Made by a program: the position numbers and the translations under genes. The notes beneath the pieces are model-generated. The model was not told the DNA's origin. It ran no database searches and saw nothing but the letters and a program-made list of their open reading frames with translations. DNA of 49,275 nt, the filler included, from Catajapyx aquilonaris (Eukaryota): assembly GCA_000934665.2 (NCBI GenBank). It is 3 parts of 3 records of this genome, joined end to end, with 100 filler letters (N's around TTAATTAATTAA, not from the genome) between each part and the next. Parts side by side here need not be neighbours in the genome. Positions count along the whole stretch, not along the records: positions 1 to 16,366 come from JYFJ02007221.1; positions 16,467 to 32,823 come from JYFJ02007223.1; 1 more part is not named here. The stretch is one strand, 5' to 3'. Below are positions 13,901 to 23,975 of this stretch, one piece after another; the stretch's first letter is position 1; each line of letters starts with the position of its first letter.

Positions 13901-15408
13901 ACATCCTGCACTCTCATTTCTAAAATATATGCTGTCCTGGTCATAAAATGTTTTCGAAAACCACTCTGCCAGTGGATAAAAGATGACATCATGCTCCAAA
14001 GAAGCTTGTCTGGCAAACAGCAGTGCAGATATTATGTAATCCTGGTTACTTTCTTCAATTCCTTTACACAAAAGATTCTTCACTATTTCTGTGAAAAATT
14101 AACTTGGTAACAAATCTAGCACAGTATCTCAATGTAACAATGAAGTAAATTCACCTTCTACACCTTCTGATGAGTTGAATTTCTTCAATGTTATAGACAT
14201 TGTAATAAGAATAAATTTCCAGTTTACTTCTGAATTGGAGTCTTCCAGAAGACTTTCAACAACTGTCAGTGTTTTCTGAACTCCAATCCCTGACACAAAC
14301 TGCACAATCAGAATTAGTTATCTGTATGACATTTCATTACTGTGGCTACTTACTGTGGCCAAAAAAGTTGAAAGTCTAGGATGGGTCATTGCATAAGTCC
14401 ACTTCTGCTGGTCTTGCAAAACCTGTCCCAGTTTTATTGCTGGAGTATGGGTCATGACGAGAGTGAGTTGGTCAGTACTTACTTCAAGTAATATATTGTG
14501 ATCTAGACCACCCTGCTGAACAATAACCTCATAAAAGTTAAAACTCATTTGGAAATTTTGAGTCACAATTGAATTTAGTAATGCCCGGCCCAATTTTACA
14601 ACAAGGTAAGTGCTGATATTTTTCATGTCACTTCCTGTGGGACAGGTATTGCTGAAACGGAGATGTAGTATCTCACATATCATGCCCAGAAAAATTTCTC
14701 TTCCTCTAGAAGATTTCATTTCCTGAGCACAGCACCCAAGATTAATTAAACCACTGGCAAAGGATTGCACCCGAGCAGGAGTTTCGGTCAACCTGTAATG
14801 AAAGCAAAACAATTGAGGGGTGTGGTGGAAAAACATGATAACCCACATTTTTGTCATTTTTGACCTAAACACCTAGCAACTATGTAAAAGACATGACAAA
14901 CATTTTGGTATACTCAAAGTTCACATATCATGCACGAGATGGAACCCACGAGGAACGAGAACCCACTTGCCATATTTTCTGGCACTTCCTCTCATGGAAA
15001 AACCTGACAACCCACCATATTTTTATACCCTTCACATTCTTCCATTTAATACAGGGTGTAACAAAGGTTTCTGGCTCAGTCAATATTATACAAGGGAAAT
15101 TCTCAGTTTTTTGAAGTTACCCTCATAATTTATGTTGATATTGTACGACTCCCATAATCTCTGGAATATGCTGTCCCCTGTATGACTCATTTCCCCATCC
15201 ATATCCTCACTGACTCTGCTTCTGTGCTAACATGAATGAGAGGTGTGCAATGTCTGTCAATATGATTCCTTGCAAGTGCTTTGTTATCAATGCCCGATAA
15301 TAATTGTGGGCCAGGCTGTAAGATGGTGTCACACAAGAGGTACATTCAAACTTGTGGACAGTTTGGGAAGAGGTGTAGCTCAGTCTTTGGACAGAAATGG
15401 TATCTATA
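1914..15408 (-). CDS. FANCA: Fanconi anemia group A protein homolog, multi-exon, incomplete model (both ends and some middle exons unresolved)
   Basis: Phase-consistent GT-AG exons 15408-15211, 14792-14354, 14299-14155 and 14088-13700 encode THTPAIKLGQVLQDQQKWTYAMTHPRL, EVNWKFIL and ALLFARQASLEHDVIFYPLAEWFSKTF...MIPYETKDFLEAQL...SRLQEL. These match remembered human FANCA [35 protein letters not shown] and [27 protein letters not shown]...LVPFESPRYLQVHI...TRLADL, in order. Further candidate exons: ~10900-9980, 2495-2307 (LSEWLQFEFTISP ~ WLELEIQP), ~2250-2094, 2019-1914 (LARNLPHWVL...FTQLLN ~ LLRLPSSVL...FFHLVN). Confidence 0.85.
2612..2914 (+). mobile_element. tRNA-derived SINE
   Basis: GGGAGGC head, A-box TGGTCTATTGG, B-box GGTTCAAATTC, A-rich tail. 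14-bp TSD AACTTAAGGCATAT at 2598-2611 and 2915-2928. Confidence 0.8.
2931..4814. mobile_element. Non-autonomous Sola2-like DNA transposon containing Tc1/mariner-type pieces
   Basis: Perfect 26-bp TIR GGGTCATTCTCACGAAACAGGCCAAA / TTTGGCCTGTTTCGTGAGAATGACCC with a 4-bp ATTA duplication on both sides. GRG termini with a 4-bp TSD fit Sola2. Internal TACAGGGTG ends at ~3838 and ~3974 and CACCCTGTA at ~4312. Confidence 0.7.
5089..5230. mobile_element. Small hairpin MITE
   Basis: Near-perfect ~60-bp arms CTATCAGTCCACCAAGAATTGTCGCAGCGG... / ...CCGCTGCGACAATTCTTGGTGGACTGATAG, with TA on both sides. Confidence 0.8.
5391..6602. mobile_element. Palindromic (foldback) Tc1/mariner-type non-autonomous element
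   Basis: TA|CAGTGCTGGACACATTAGCC ... GGCTAATGTGTCCAGGACTG|TA, with ~570-bp high-identity inverted arms. The ORF track shows mirror ORFs 5501-5869(+) and 6119-6574(-). Confidence 0.85.
6687..7045 (-). mobile_element. tRNA-derived SINE
   Basis: Minus-strand head GGGGGAGGCACGGTGGCCGAGATGG (A-box) ... GGTTCAAATCC (B-box), T-rich tail on the plus strand. 15-bp TSD TAGACATATCTAAAT at 6672-6686 and 7046-7060. Confidence 0.88.
7168..7520 (+). mobile_element. tRNA-derived SINE (same family as 38587)
   Basis: A-box TGGCGCTGCGG, B-box GGTTCGATCCC, (TTA)n tail. 16-bp TSD TAAATACGCCAATTGG at 7152-7167 and 7521-7536. Confidence 0.88.
8766..9117 (-). mobile_element. tRNA-derived SINE (same family as 6687)
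   Basis: Minus-strand GGGGGAGGCATGGTGGCCAAGATGG...GGTTCGATCCC. Body homologous to 6687-7045. TSD AATACTTCCT at 8756-8765 and 9118-9127. Confidence 0.85.
9170..9924. mobile_element. Internally deleted, partly palindromic mariner element
   Basis: TIR GAGGGTTGGATTTTAAATAGTGG / CCACTATTTAAAATCCAACCCTCG|TA, with inverted similarity extending ~250 bp. The minus strand at ~9525-9655 encodes GRTVNAQYYRDFLEHHLRAAIRRERP...VLHDNTPCH (mariner catalytic region). Confidence 0.85.
11147..11623. mobile_element. PIF/Harbinger-type MITE
   Basis: TIR AGGCCCCTACACATGGTAGTGAAACA / TGTTTCACTACCATGTATAGGGCCCT with a 3-bp TAA duplication at 11144-11146 and 11624-11626. Confidence 0.75.
12258..12433. mobile_element. 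TA-flanked hairpin MITE
   Basis: Arms CACTGGCCGAGGCCTTCTGCACT...GAGCTGATGACGTCAAAATGAC / GTCATTTTGATGTCATCAGCTC...AGTGCGGAAGGCCTCGGCCAGT. Confidence 0.75.
12727..13563 (+). mobile_element. Internally deleted mariner (DD34D) element retaining the transposase C-terminal half
   Basis: TA|CGAGGGTTGTTCGGAAAAGGTCTG ... CAGATCATTTCCGAATGACCCTCG|TA. ORF 13001-13432 contains TVNSATY, LHDNTRPH and HPPYSPNLALYDYGLF (YSPDL-type mariner motif), and ends in a premature stop. Confidence 0.92.
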
Positions 15409-15995
15409 CTGAATATTAACACATCCTTCCATGTCTGAATACATGTAAAACTCTCATATGCAGTGTGTTTCCTGTAATATGGGACAGACTTCTAGGGTGT
15501 GTAGGGGCTACTAGAGAAGCAATTTGAGATAGGATACCCATGGTCGGAAACCTATCCCAACGTATATACTCTACCTTATGTCAATTAAAAAATTATTAAC
15601 CCTCTGACCGCTGTGTCCGTGACTTAAGGACACTCACTTTGAGATTATTTTTTTTGCGAAGAACATATAAATCGTAAATGAATGCGGTTTTTGGCATATT
15701 CACAAGCAAAACAAGCAGAATTCACCACAAAAATCACATGCTCAAGTGCTTTGTCTGACTCTTTCGTATGACGCCATCTTCCGGTGGCTATATTGGAAAA
15801 GGTTGTATGCGGAATGATAGAGATTGTATGAAGCTTAGCTCAATTCTGGGAATTTAGCAATTAATTAGATCAGTTTCTAAGCAATATTTTGCTTCGAATC
15901 GTTCTTTGAACCCATAAACTTCAAGGCCCATTCACATAGGCCGTCGTCGGTTTTGGTCATGTGTATTGCTGTAGGTGGTGATTATGAAGAAAAGT

Positions 15996-16270
15996 AAATA
16001 ATAATAATTATAAATAATAATTCATACCCCATTATCAGCCATTGGCTCTTTAGGGGGGAAGTTTGTTTTGCCTGGAACTCTTTGCTTTTCATTTTACTGT
16101 GCTCTTTGGGATAGGATAGGGACGGAAGGAAGTGGCTGTGGCCTATTACTCGTAATTATGGACGCAACTCTGGAATTTTCCTGGAAGGACCGTGGGAAAC
16201 CACAGAAAACCACGGTCAGAGTTGCCGGCCCCGGGATCTGATCCCAGGACCTCCCGATTAGCAATTGGAC
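15996..16270 (-). mobile_element. Degenerate tRNA-derived SINE
   Basis: Plus-strand GGAAGGAAGTGGCTGTGGCC...GGGAAACCACAGAAAACC...CCGGGATCTGATCCCAGGACCTCCCG resembles the antisense of a common insect tRNA-SINE. (TAA)n tail at 15996-16021. No TSD confirmed. Confidence 0.55.
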
Positions 16271-16366
16271 ACCATATCCCCTCCTCCAAACTCAGGGCCG
16301 TACGCAGGATTTTTGTTCGGAGGGGGTTTGCTACCTTACACTTTACACCCTTTCTCTCTCTCTCTC

Positions 16367-16466
16367 NNNNNNNNNNNNNNNNNNNNNNNNNNNNNNNNNN
16401 NNNNNNNNNNTTAATTAATTAANNNNNNNNNNNNNNNNNNNNNNNNNNNNNNNNNNNNNNNNNNNN
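16367..16466. other. Artificial contig spacer
   Basis: 44 N + TTAATTAATTAA (stops in all six frames) + 44 N. Confidence 0.97.
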
Positions 16467-16550
16467 CCGGGCCGAAAGTAGCAGTTAATAACTGCTATAA
16501 TAGCGGCTATTTCCAGTCGCAGTCGCGGTTTAGCCGTATTACCCGGGATG

Positions 16551-17175
16551 CTACACATCGACCCTGCAGTCCTTATTATCCCAGTGAAAACCATACACTG
16601 CGTCCAAAGTCAAGCAGTTTTGGTGTCCTCCTTGGTTGTCCGGTTGTCCCATATTCCAGTCAGTGAATTCAACGGGCTTTAACGTTGCCTGCCAATACCA
16701 GATTCCTTCGTGTCCAAGGTCATAGCCACCAACGTAGAAATTATCCTTAGGAAAATCTGGATTTTTTTTTTGAAAGGTGAGAATATGCTTCAATGAACTG
16801 GTATGTAACATCTCACTTCTCAGCAAATGGTTTTGAATGTACGCGTTTTCACATAGACTTCCTATGGTGAGAAGGTTTCCTCCGATGATCTTGCAGTACT
16901 CAGCAGATTGCCACCAGTTCTTCGTCAGGTTGGAAACACCGAAATAGTAACATCCGAAACCAATGTTCTGGAAAGGCACCTTGCAAGCATCTGAAAATTA
17001 TTTGCAGAGTTGGCCACAACAGAGTCAATATATGATACGATATGATAGATATTTTTCCCGACTTACTTTCAGATAGTGCTGCAGAAAATACAGATTTGCG
17101 AGTGGCTTCTAACACTTCAGATGTCATAGAGGCTAGAATGATGGTTGCGAGAAATGAAGTGAGTAACTTGGCCAT
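16551..17175 (-). CDS. Secreted C-type lectin (perlucin-like, QPD motif); C-terminus appears truncated
   Basis: Exons 17175-17067 (signal peptide MAKLLTSFLATIILAS), 16990-16817 (CKVPF...GCYYF...NWWQSAEYCKIIGGNLLTI) and 16756-16551 (FYVGGYDLGHEGIWYW...FTDWNMGQPDNQGGHQNCL...HWDNKDC). Both introns are phase 1. Confidence 0.9.
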
Positions 17176-18899
17176 GATGACTGGAGACATTAGTGTCTCT
17201 CACTTGTACAGTACAAGGTACAGGAAAAAACGAGGAAGATACCTTTCGGAATGTGCTCCTTATCTCCACTATTAACTCACGAATCCTGAAAGGATTTTTA
17301 AAGTGCGACACTTGAGGCAATAATTGCATTCTAATCTTTGACTTTGATTTGATAATTGACTTTTACAATATATCTGGAGGGAAGCAAGTGGGAGAAGGAC
17401 ATAATATTTCGTTTTAAAAATGTTTCTGTTATTTTCTGTCACTCTGTATAGGTCCATGACAAATTGAACAATTTTGGAACTATACATATTACAAAGAACT
17501 CATAATTCAATAATTCAATAAAAATGTTGTAAACACATCGTTTGATTCCTACTGCCTCATTTTTTTTATCTGGCTTATCTCAATTGCTCTTATTACTGCG
17601 CCTGCTGATTGTCCCGATTGATACTCTGTACAGTACATCCTGAAGTGTCAGCATTAGAGGGTGTACTTATTATTTTATCAGAAAGAAATTTTCCTTCTGT
17701 TGTGATCCGAATCATGCTGATAAAATAATGTAACGCACTTCCTTTTTCTAACGTAATATTAATTGGAAGCACTGTAGATGTCATAACACGGTTATCAGTG
17801 TCATAATTACTAGCGACATGTGCTTGTACAATGTTCACATATTTCACAACCTACAATGACATGTTTCGATTTTTATGACTCCAAATAATTCCGCTAAAAC
17901 ATTCTACAAGTATTATTTATTACGAACATAACTGAATGTATAGTGGCTACATTGAACAGCTATAGCAACTGGTGCTAAGTGATAGGATAACAGTATCAGT
18001 TGTTGATTCTGAGAAATAACTGTTAAAGTCGGTTTGAGCTCGGACGAGATCGCACGCATAAATTGAGCGTCCTCAGGACAAACTGATTTCTAAGTCTCAT
18101 CGCCGGATACTTCATCTTCCAGACTTCCATAACACCTCACAATCATCTACTAGGTAAGATGTCACAATTAATTCACCCAGTCACCTCTTATGGTGTTGCT
18201 TATTTCATATTTAGATATTATATAACTGATATGGACCCGTTTTTATTTACGGTATATATATTGCTTATAGTTTCATGTGCGCACACGCTTAGGGTTGGGG
18301 ATGTAATTGGGACTGTGGACACGTGAAAACCATTTAAGTTATTGCTATATTTTATATTAGTTCAGGCTCAACCAGAAATGCCGTCAACAAATCGGGGTTA
18401 CTACCCAATGCAACAATGACGCTCATGTAACAATACTTCAGGTTGTGCAAAAGTGCACAACCAGATGACGATACCAGTCTTGGCTTTACGAACAGTTTTG
18501 GATGGCACGAACATTATACATGCAATTATATGAAATTAATCAACATTGAAGTTTACTGTGCCCAAAAGCAATACCGCATGATAATTTGACGTCGCCACTT
18601 CTGCAATTAATTTTAATATTGTTGAAGACGACATGTTGTCATAGGAATTTACTTTGATTGTTGACAAAAAATATTATGAATTCAGACAGAAAATGGTCCC
18701 GACGTCACAATGAGCAACGATTGCTTACATACAATGTCAATAATGAAACCAAGAGTTAGAGACTTTACAAGTGTTGGTTGATTAAATGAAAAATGGGGGA
18801 GGAACACAATATCAAGGCGGAAAACAGTCTAAAATGAGTGTTTAGAATGAAGAGGCAAGAAATGTTCAATTATTCGGCAGCTCTCAAGACATCTTTAGG

Positions 18900-19868
18900 A
18901 TGTCGTCGACTTGTGAAGCATCGGTGACGTACCCTCTGGCCAACGATGAGAAGATTATGATCTGCCCGTATAACAGGCATCACAAGCCATTGGCCAGCAG
19001 GTTCAGCTACCATTTGGTGAGGTGTAGGAGGACACACCCCGACTCAGGGCTGAAAGTTTGTGGGTGGAACACAATCCACCACGTTCCTGCCGCGGATCTG
19101 AAGAGACACGAGGACACTTGCCCCGACCGTCTCACTCAGGTCTCCCTTGGTGAGTGTCCCGTTTACAGACGGAGCCAGACCCTCTGTCCACTGCAGTGTT
19201 GTTGCCCAGGTTCAGAGTCGCCAAATAAGGCATGGTTTCTGCAGTGGTGTGAACCCAAGTCAACACAAAACAGTCCCATTTTTCTCATCCTGTTACTTTG
19301 CTTCTAGATGACTCCGGTGCGGAGACAGAAGATGATTCGTACATGGGACATCCCAGACTGAACGTGACAGACGAAGGCGAGTACTGGGACGACTCTGTTG
19401 ATCCTACGTACAACCCACTTCTGAAGCTGCAGAGCCAGACTCTATTGGTGTAAGTTAATCTCACCTTATAAGCCCTGTTGGGTGGGTTCACATTACATTC
19501 AGACTCATTGGTAAACTATTCTGAATTATGCATTTTTCACCATAACAAGACCCAGCAGTCGTTAAATTCCTTGTGGTTTCAGTACTCCGATAATGCTTAC
19601 CAAGTCCCAGCGACAGGCCCACAGTGCGCAACAATTCGAGCTGTACATGAAACTCAAGTAAGTTGACCCAGAAGCAACATGGAATAACATCCAAGAGGGA
19701 GGTGTAATAACACAATGCCTTTTCAGGTATCCAGAGTCTGTCGAGGAGCATCCTATTCCTCCTACTGATGTACAGGCACCTCTGACCAGTGGAAACCTCC
19801 GCTTACCACATTTCCCTAGCCTGCCAGGATCCAAACATTTGGTAGCAAAAGCAAAAGTATCGGGGTAG
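18900..19868 (+). CDS. GTSF1: GTSF1/Asterix-like protein with two CHHC (U11-48K) zinc fingers, copy A
   Basis: Exons 18900-19149, 19308-19449, 19583-19657 and 19727-19868, with consistent phases. CPYNRHH...YHLVRC and CGWNTIHH...RHEDTCPDR fingers, then the acidic YWDDSVDPTYNP motif typical of the GTSF1 PIWI-interacting region. Probable upstream non-coding exon ends ~18153 (AG|GTAAG). Confidence 0.88.
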
Positions 19869-21211
19869 ATGAAGAAGGGTAAGAAGAGCGGAGGACCAGC
19901 ACACCATGATAGCCAGCAGCACTAGATGTTTCGAGAAGACATGTGTTTTTCCCTAGTATCTTATATCTCGGGACATATCTTCTCTTCACTTGACAGGGCC
20001 ATGTTTTATCCTGTCTGAAGTTTTTAAGTTGATCCTACCCGCGTTAATTTTTCATCATATTTAACCATTTAAACACTTTACCACACTTTTGGTGTACCAC
20101 ATACACTTATACAACCCTCCTCCGTATATGTTACACTCGCTCTCCCTGCAATATGGAACACATTCCTGCCACATTTGGTCATGACGTCCCCACACTTCTT
20201 GGCACTAAAAATTGGACATCATATTCAAGAATTAGGAACAGAGAGAAGTAGTTCAAGACACTTCAGAATGCAAAATCCTGATTTGAAAAAAGCATTTTGT
20301 CAAGCCATGAAACCTGAGCAAGTGTTCAGCTGGATGATTGGTTTTTCCCCTGGTGTTCCGCAGAATTTTTTGGGTTACAAGTTGGTTTCAGCATGGCAGC
20401 ACCAGATAACCAAGTCCCGGTGGAAAGAGTTCAGGAAGAAGGAGAAACTTATGCAGAGAAAGAGTCAGAGGTCAGTTTATATGTCCCTCATGCATAAAGG
20501 ATAAATAGTAATGCAACACAATTATTTTCAGATCCTTCCATTTGAGTCATCATCTATTGGAACTATACCATCTCCAACCTCATAAATGACCTCGAAGGCA
20601 TGCAGAAATAGAAGATCACCGTCTGAACCACTTTGCAACAAGACATGACACGAAGACAGTATTGTCTCTGAAAAAGTGAAAAAAATTGGTACGATTTTCT
20701 ATTGTGGGATGAAATTATGGGCTTGCCTTTACGTATATAAAAAAAACCTTAAATATAATATATTTCCTTGAACGTTTCCTCTTTTTGCGACGGTTGAATA
20801 TGTATGTGAAAGAATAATTGCACGTTTTTGAAAAGACGGAGACCCTTTCAAATATTCAGATCGATGTGAAATGAAAAGTGCTGCCAGAAACATGCAATTG
20901 ATTTGAAAAAAACATGTCAACAAAAATGCGCGTTTCATACATTATTTACATTTTATGTCAGTTATGACTTTGCGAAATAGCTATAGGCCTCCTTTGCAGA
21001 AATGTGGGTCTTGTGCTTTAACATGTAGAGGCATGTCACGGTGACATCTAGACGTTCTGGAGTAGCATTATTTTTCAAGTCAATATGATTTTCCATGAAC
21101 ATGGGGGTGTGCAAAGTGATGACAGTATAAATTACAGGGACAACCATCATGCTGCAACAAACATTCACTGTTGTGTACAGCGTTTGTCTTGTCGGTACGT
21201 TATAGCCCAAG

Positions 21212-23188
21212 ATGAAGCTGCTGGTGGGCATCGCTGTTCACCTCTCACTCACCTGCATCGTTGCAGAGGTGACAGTACGTCAAATGGGTGGCCATCAGCT
21301 GTCCCTGGTGACCTCCCTCATTGCCAGAATGCACCATGAGAGAAACGACTGTCTCCTGGTGCTGGGTCACGATTACGAGGTCATCCCGGATGCCATCAAC
21401 GACCTGGTCAGGAACATCACCAGTGGAGGAGGACTGGTTACACCTGTCCGTTGGTCCGAGTCTACGATACTTCCATCGCCCAACCCAAACCGAGACGGCA
21501 ACTTTGAATACTGGTTCTCATGGATGGAGAGGCCCACTGCCCAATGGCTGACCAACTGCGGCTTCTTCGTGATGATCTACCACAAAGGTCACTTCCAGCA
21601 GGTCATGAGGTACATGGCCAGTCTGGTCAGGACTGACCCGAGGTCAGACCGGTACCTATACTACAGCCCCGACTCGGACATCTCTGAGGACATGCTGAAC
21701 ATGGACTACCAATTCCTGTTTCAAGTGGGACTGGTCCAAGAGGATCCAGACACCATCAGTATTGTCAACAACTGTCATTTCTGCGACAAAGGACAGGCCA
21801 AGGTTGTCCAGAGGGGCAAGTACACCAGCCAATTGAGACTGAGTCCGAATGACCTGGAGATTTTCCCTGATTACTCCAACAATCTCAATGGAAGGTATAT
21901 CAACATCACTTTCTCTGTTGGCTCGACAAAAGCCGACATTGAATACTTTATAGAGAACGACATGCCTGTGTTTCCGTATCTCAGACAGTTCCACATCGCT
22001 TCTGAACTATTCAACTTTGATTTCCATATCGAGGCTCCTGTGGAAGAAGCTGGTCTCGACGCGGTTTTGCCTGATGGGAACTGGACAGGTCTGATCGGAC
22101 CTCAACAAAGAAGAGAGTCTGAGCTTGGAGCAGCCGTATGCACCAGTGATGTAATGGCTGTGATTGCCCCGACCACCTGTTTCTACAGCACCACAGTCAC
22201 TCTTGCTACCAGGATGCCTGGACCTCTGTATACCTGGGGAGCCATAGCCAAGCCGTTCACACCCGACATGTGGGCAGCAATATTCGCAACAGCAACAGTG
22301 GTCAGCCTTGTCTTCTACTTTCTCCTAAAAGTAGAGTACATCATGGGAAAACCTTTTCCAGTAAAATCAACCCCACCAACTCACATCTCCTTGTATTCAC
22401 TTCGATTCTCATTCTCCGCCCTGATTGAAGAAAACCCAAATCTGATCCCTACGGTTGATTCTCTGAAGGTTCTGCTGTGCTTTTACTGGATGTTTTGCGA
22501 CCTGATTGTCCTGGCTTACGAGGCCATGTACTTCGGATTCATGGTGTCTCCAGCACTGGAGCCATTGCCCAAGAGCCTGAAGGAGATGGTGGACTGGCCC
22601 AACTGGAAGTGGGACACCATGGACTATGTGACGGACTCTACCATGTTGCTGACGGAGTTTTCAGAGGAAGAGCACATCAAGAAGTTGAGGGCAGGGATGA
22701 AAGGAGGCAGCGACATGACCGGATGCATGGTGAGGACGATTGAGGAGGACTTCAGCTGCCTGGCCTTCGATCAGATCCTGGACGCCTTGTCCTGGCAGTT
22801 TGTGGACTTGGAAGGGAATCGTCCTGTCCAAACAGTGCCAGACTCTGAGTTGTGGATCATTGCTGGATTCTCGACACCAAAGTATTCCATTATTTTTTAC
22901 GCAATGAGAAGGTACGAGCTGGCCCACGTCAAGGGAAATATGTACGGCCCGTGGACAGGCGAGTTTGAATACTTGCTTTCTCTGATGGCCCTGAAAGATG
23001 CGAGGGAGAAGAACCTGTCCTACACTCTGTCAATGGCCCTCAACATCAGTCAGTTAAAGGCTCCTTTTGCCATCCTCGCATCCCTCACAACCTTTGCTTT
23101 CTTCGTCTTCATTGGTGAGATCATCAAATTCCGTGTGGACAAGACAGAGGGCAAGGAATGCAACAGCCGAAATGTTTCAATCGGATAG
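21212..23188 (+). CDS. Divergent ionotropic receptor (IR, iGluR-like chemoreceptor), intronless, copy 1
   Basis: 658-aa single ORF with a signal peptide, S1 DGNWTGLIG..RRESELG, pre-M1 KPFTPDMW plus TM, pore segment FSFSALIE, a second TM ending LAYEAMYFGFMVSP, S2, and a final TM LNISQLKAPFAIL...FIGEI. Confidence 0.92.
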   Translation: MKLLVGIAVHLSLTCIVAEVTVRQMGGHQLSLVTSLIARMHHERNDCLLVLGHDYEVIPDAINDLVRNITSGGGLVTPVRWSESTILPSPNPNRDGNFEYWFSWMERPTAQWLTNCGFFVMIYHKGHFQQVMRYMASLVRTDPRSDRYLYYSPDSDISEDMLNMDYQFLFQVGLVQEDPDTISIVNNCHFCDKGQAKVVQRGKYTSQLRLSPNDLEIFPDYSNNLNGRYINITFSVGSTKADIEYFIENDMPVFPYLRQFHIASELFNFDFHIEAPVEEAGLDAVLPDGNWTGLIGPQQRRESELGAAVCTSDVMAVIAPTTCFYSTTVTLATRMPGPLYTWGAIAKPFTPDMWAAIFATATVVSLVFYFLLKVEYIMGKPFPVKSTPPTHISLYSLRFSFSALIEENPNLIPTVDSLKVLLCFYWMFCDLIVLAYEAMYFGFMVSPALEPLPKSLKEMVDWPNWKWDTMDYVTDSTMLLTEFSEEEHIKKLRAGMKGGSDMTGCMVRTIEEDFSCLAFDQILDALSWQFVDLEGNRPVQTVPDSELWIIAGFSTPKYSIIFYAMRRYELAHVKGNMYGPWTGEFEYLLSLMALKDAREKNLSYTLSMALNISQLKAPFAILASLTTFAFFVFIGEIIKFRVDKTEGKECNSRNVSIG

Positions 23189-23975
23189 TACAGGTAATAA
23201 GTGATTGAGCACGTTGTAGACACTAAAATAAATGAACCATTATAGCAAATGAAAATTATTTGATATTCCATTCAAGAGAATGATGTCTATGTGTGTTTAT
23301 TGCAATGATGCTGTTATTCTAATGATACCCAACACTTGCAAAATGTGTGCTAACAACAATCGTATCTACATACAGTATGTGCATTGTATCGTCCAATTAC
23401 AGTTTAAATATTTGCCTAAGCATAAATAAACAAAACATTTCGAAACATTTTCTTCATATGTGTACGAAGACGAGCATGTTTATTATTTATCGATTATTTA
23501 TCGATGAAAATAGTCAATAGTATATTTTCTCCTCTATGTTCATAGGATTGTGGTAAGGGATTGCCTTTACCATACAGTAGATAGGAAACTTAAAATTTTC
23601 ATTGGCATAGTTTCCGTCTTTGCGATAGTGGAAAATTTATGCCGAAGTATTGCCAGTTTCGGAAAAGATGGTGGCCCAAAAGGGGTTCTTCAAATATGTA
23701 GCTCTATGTGATTTGCAAAGTAATGCTTCGACATGTAAGTTATTTAAAAATATGATCGAAATGCTATATCGGTTTTGGCGAAGCAGCAATTTTCGTTGCT
23801 TATAGGATTTACATGAATATGAGGGAGACTATGTGAAGAAGACAGACATCTAATTACAGTAGAAATAAAGTACATGGACAGTCATCCTGCTGGCTCATTA
23901 CTGTCAATATTATGTTATCAGTAAAGAAATTCCGGTACCGTCTAGTCGGTATGTGAGTGTCCAAGACGGTCCAAG

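Noticed and set aside
15597..15800. FANCA start/promoter at minus-strand CCGGAAGATGGCG, or a piggyBac end at TTAACCCT
   Set aside because: The ATG frame closes after 11 codons and no partner TIR was found. Neither reading is supportable.
16411..16422. Biological TTAATTAATTAA palindrome or piggyBac site
   Set aside because: It is centred in N runs and repeated identically at 32868-32879; it is an assembly linker.
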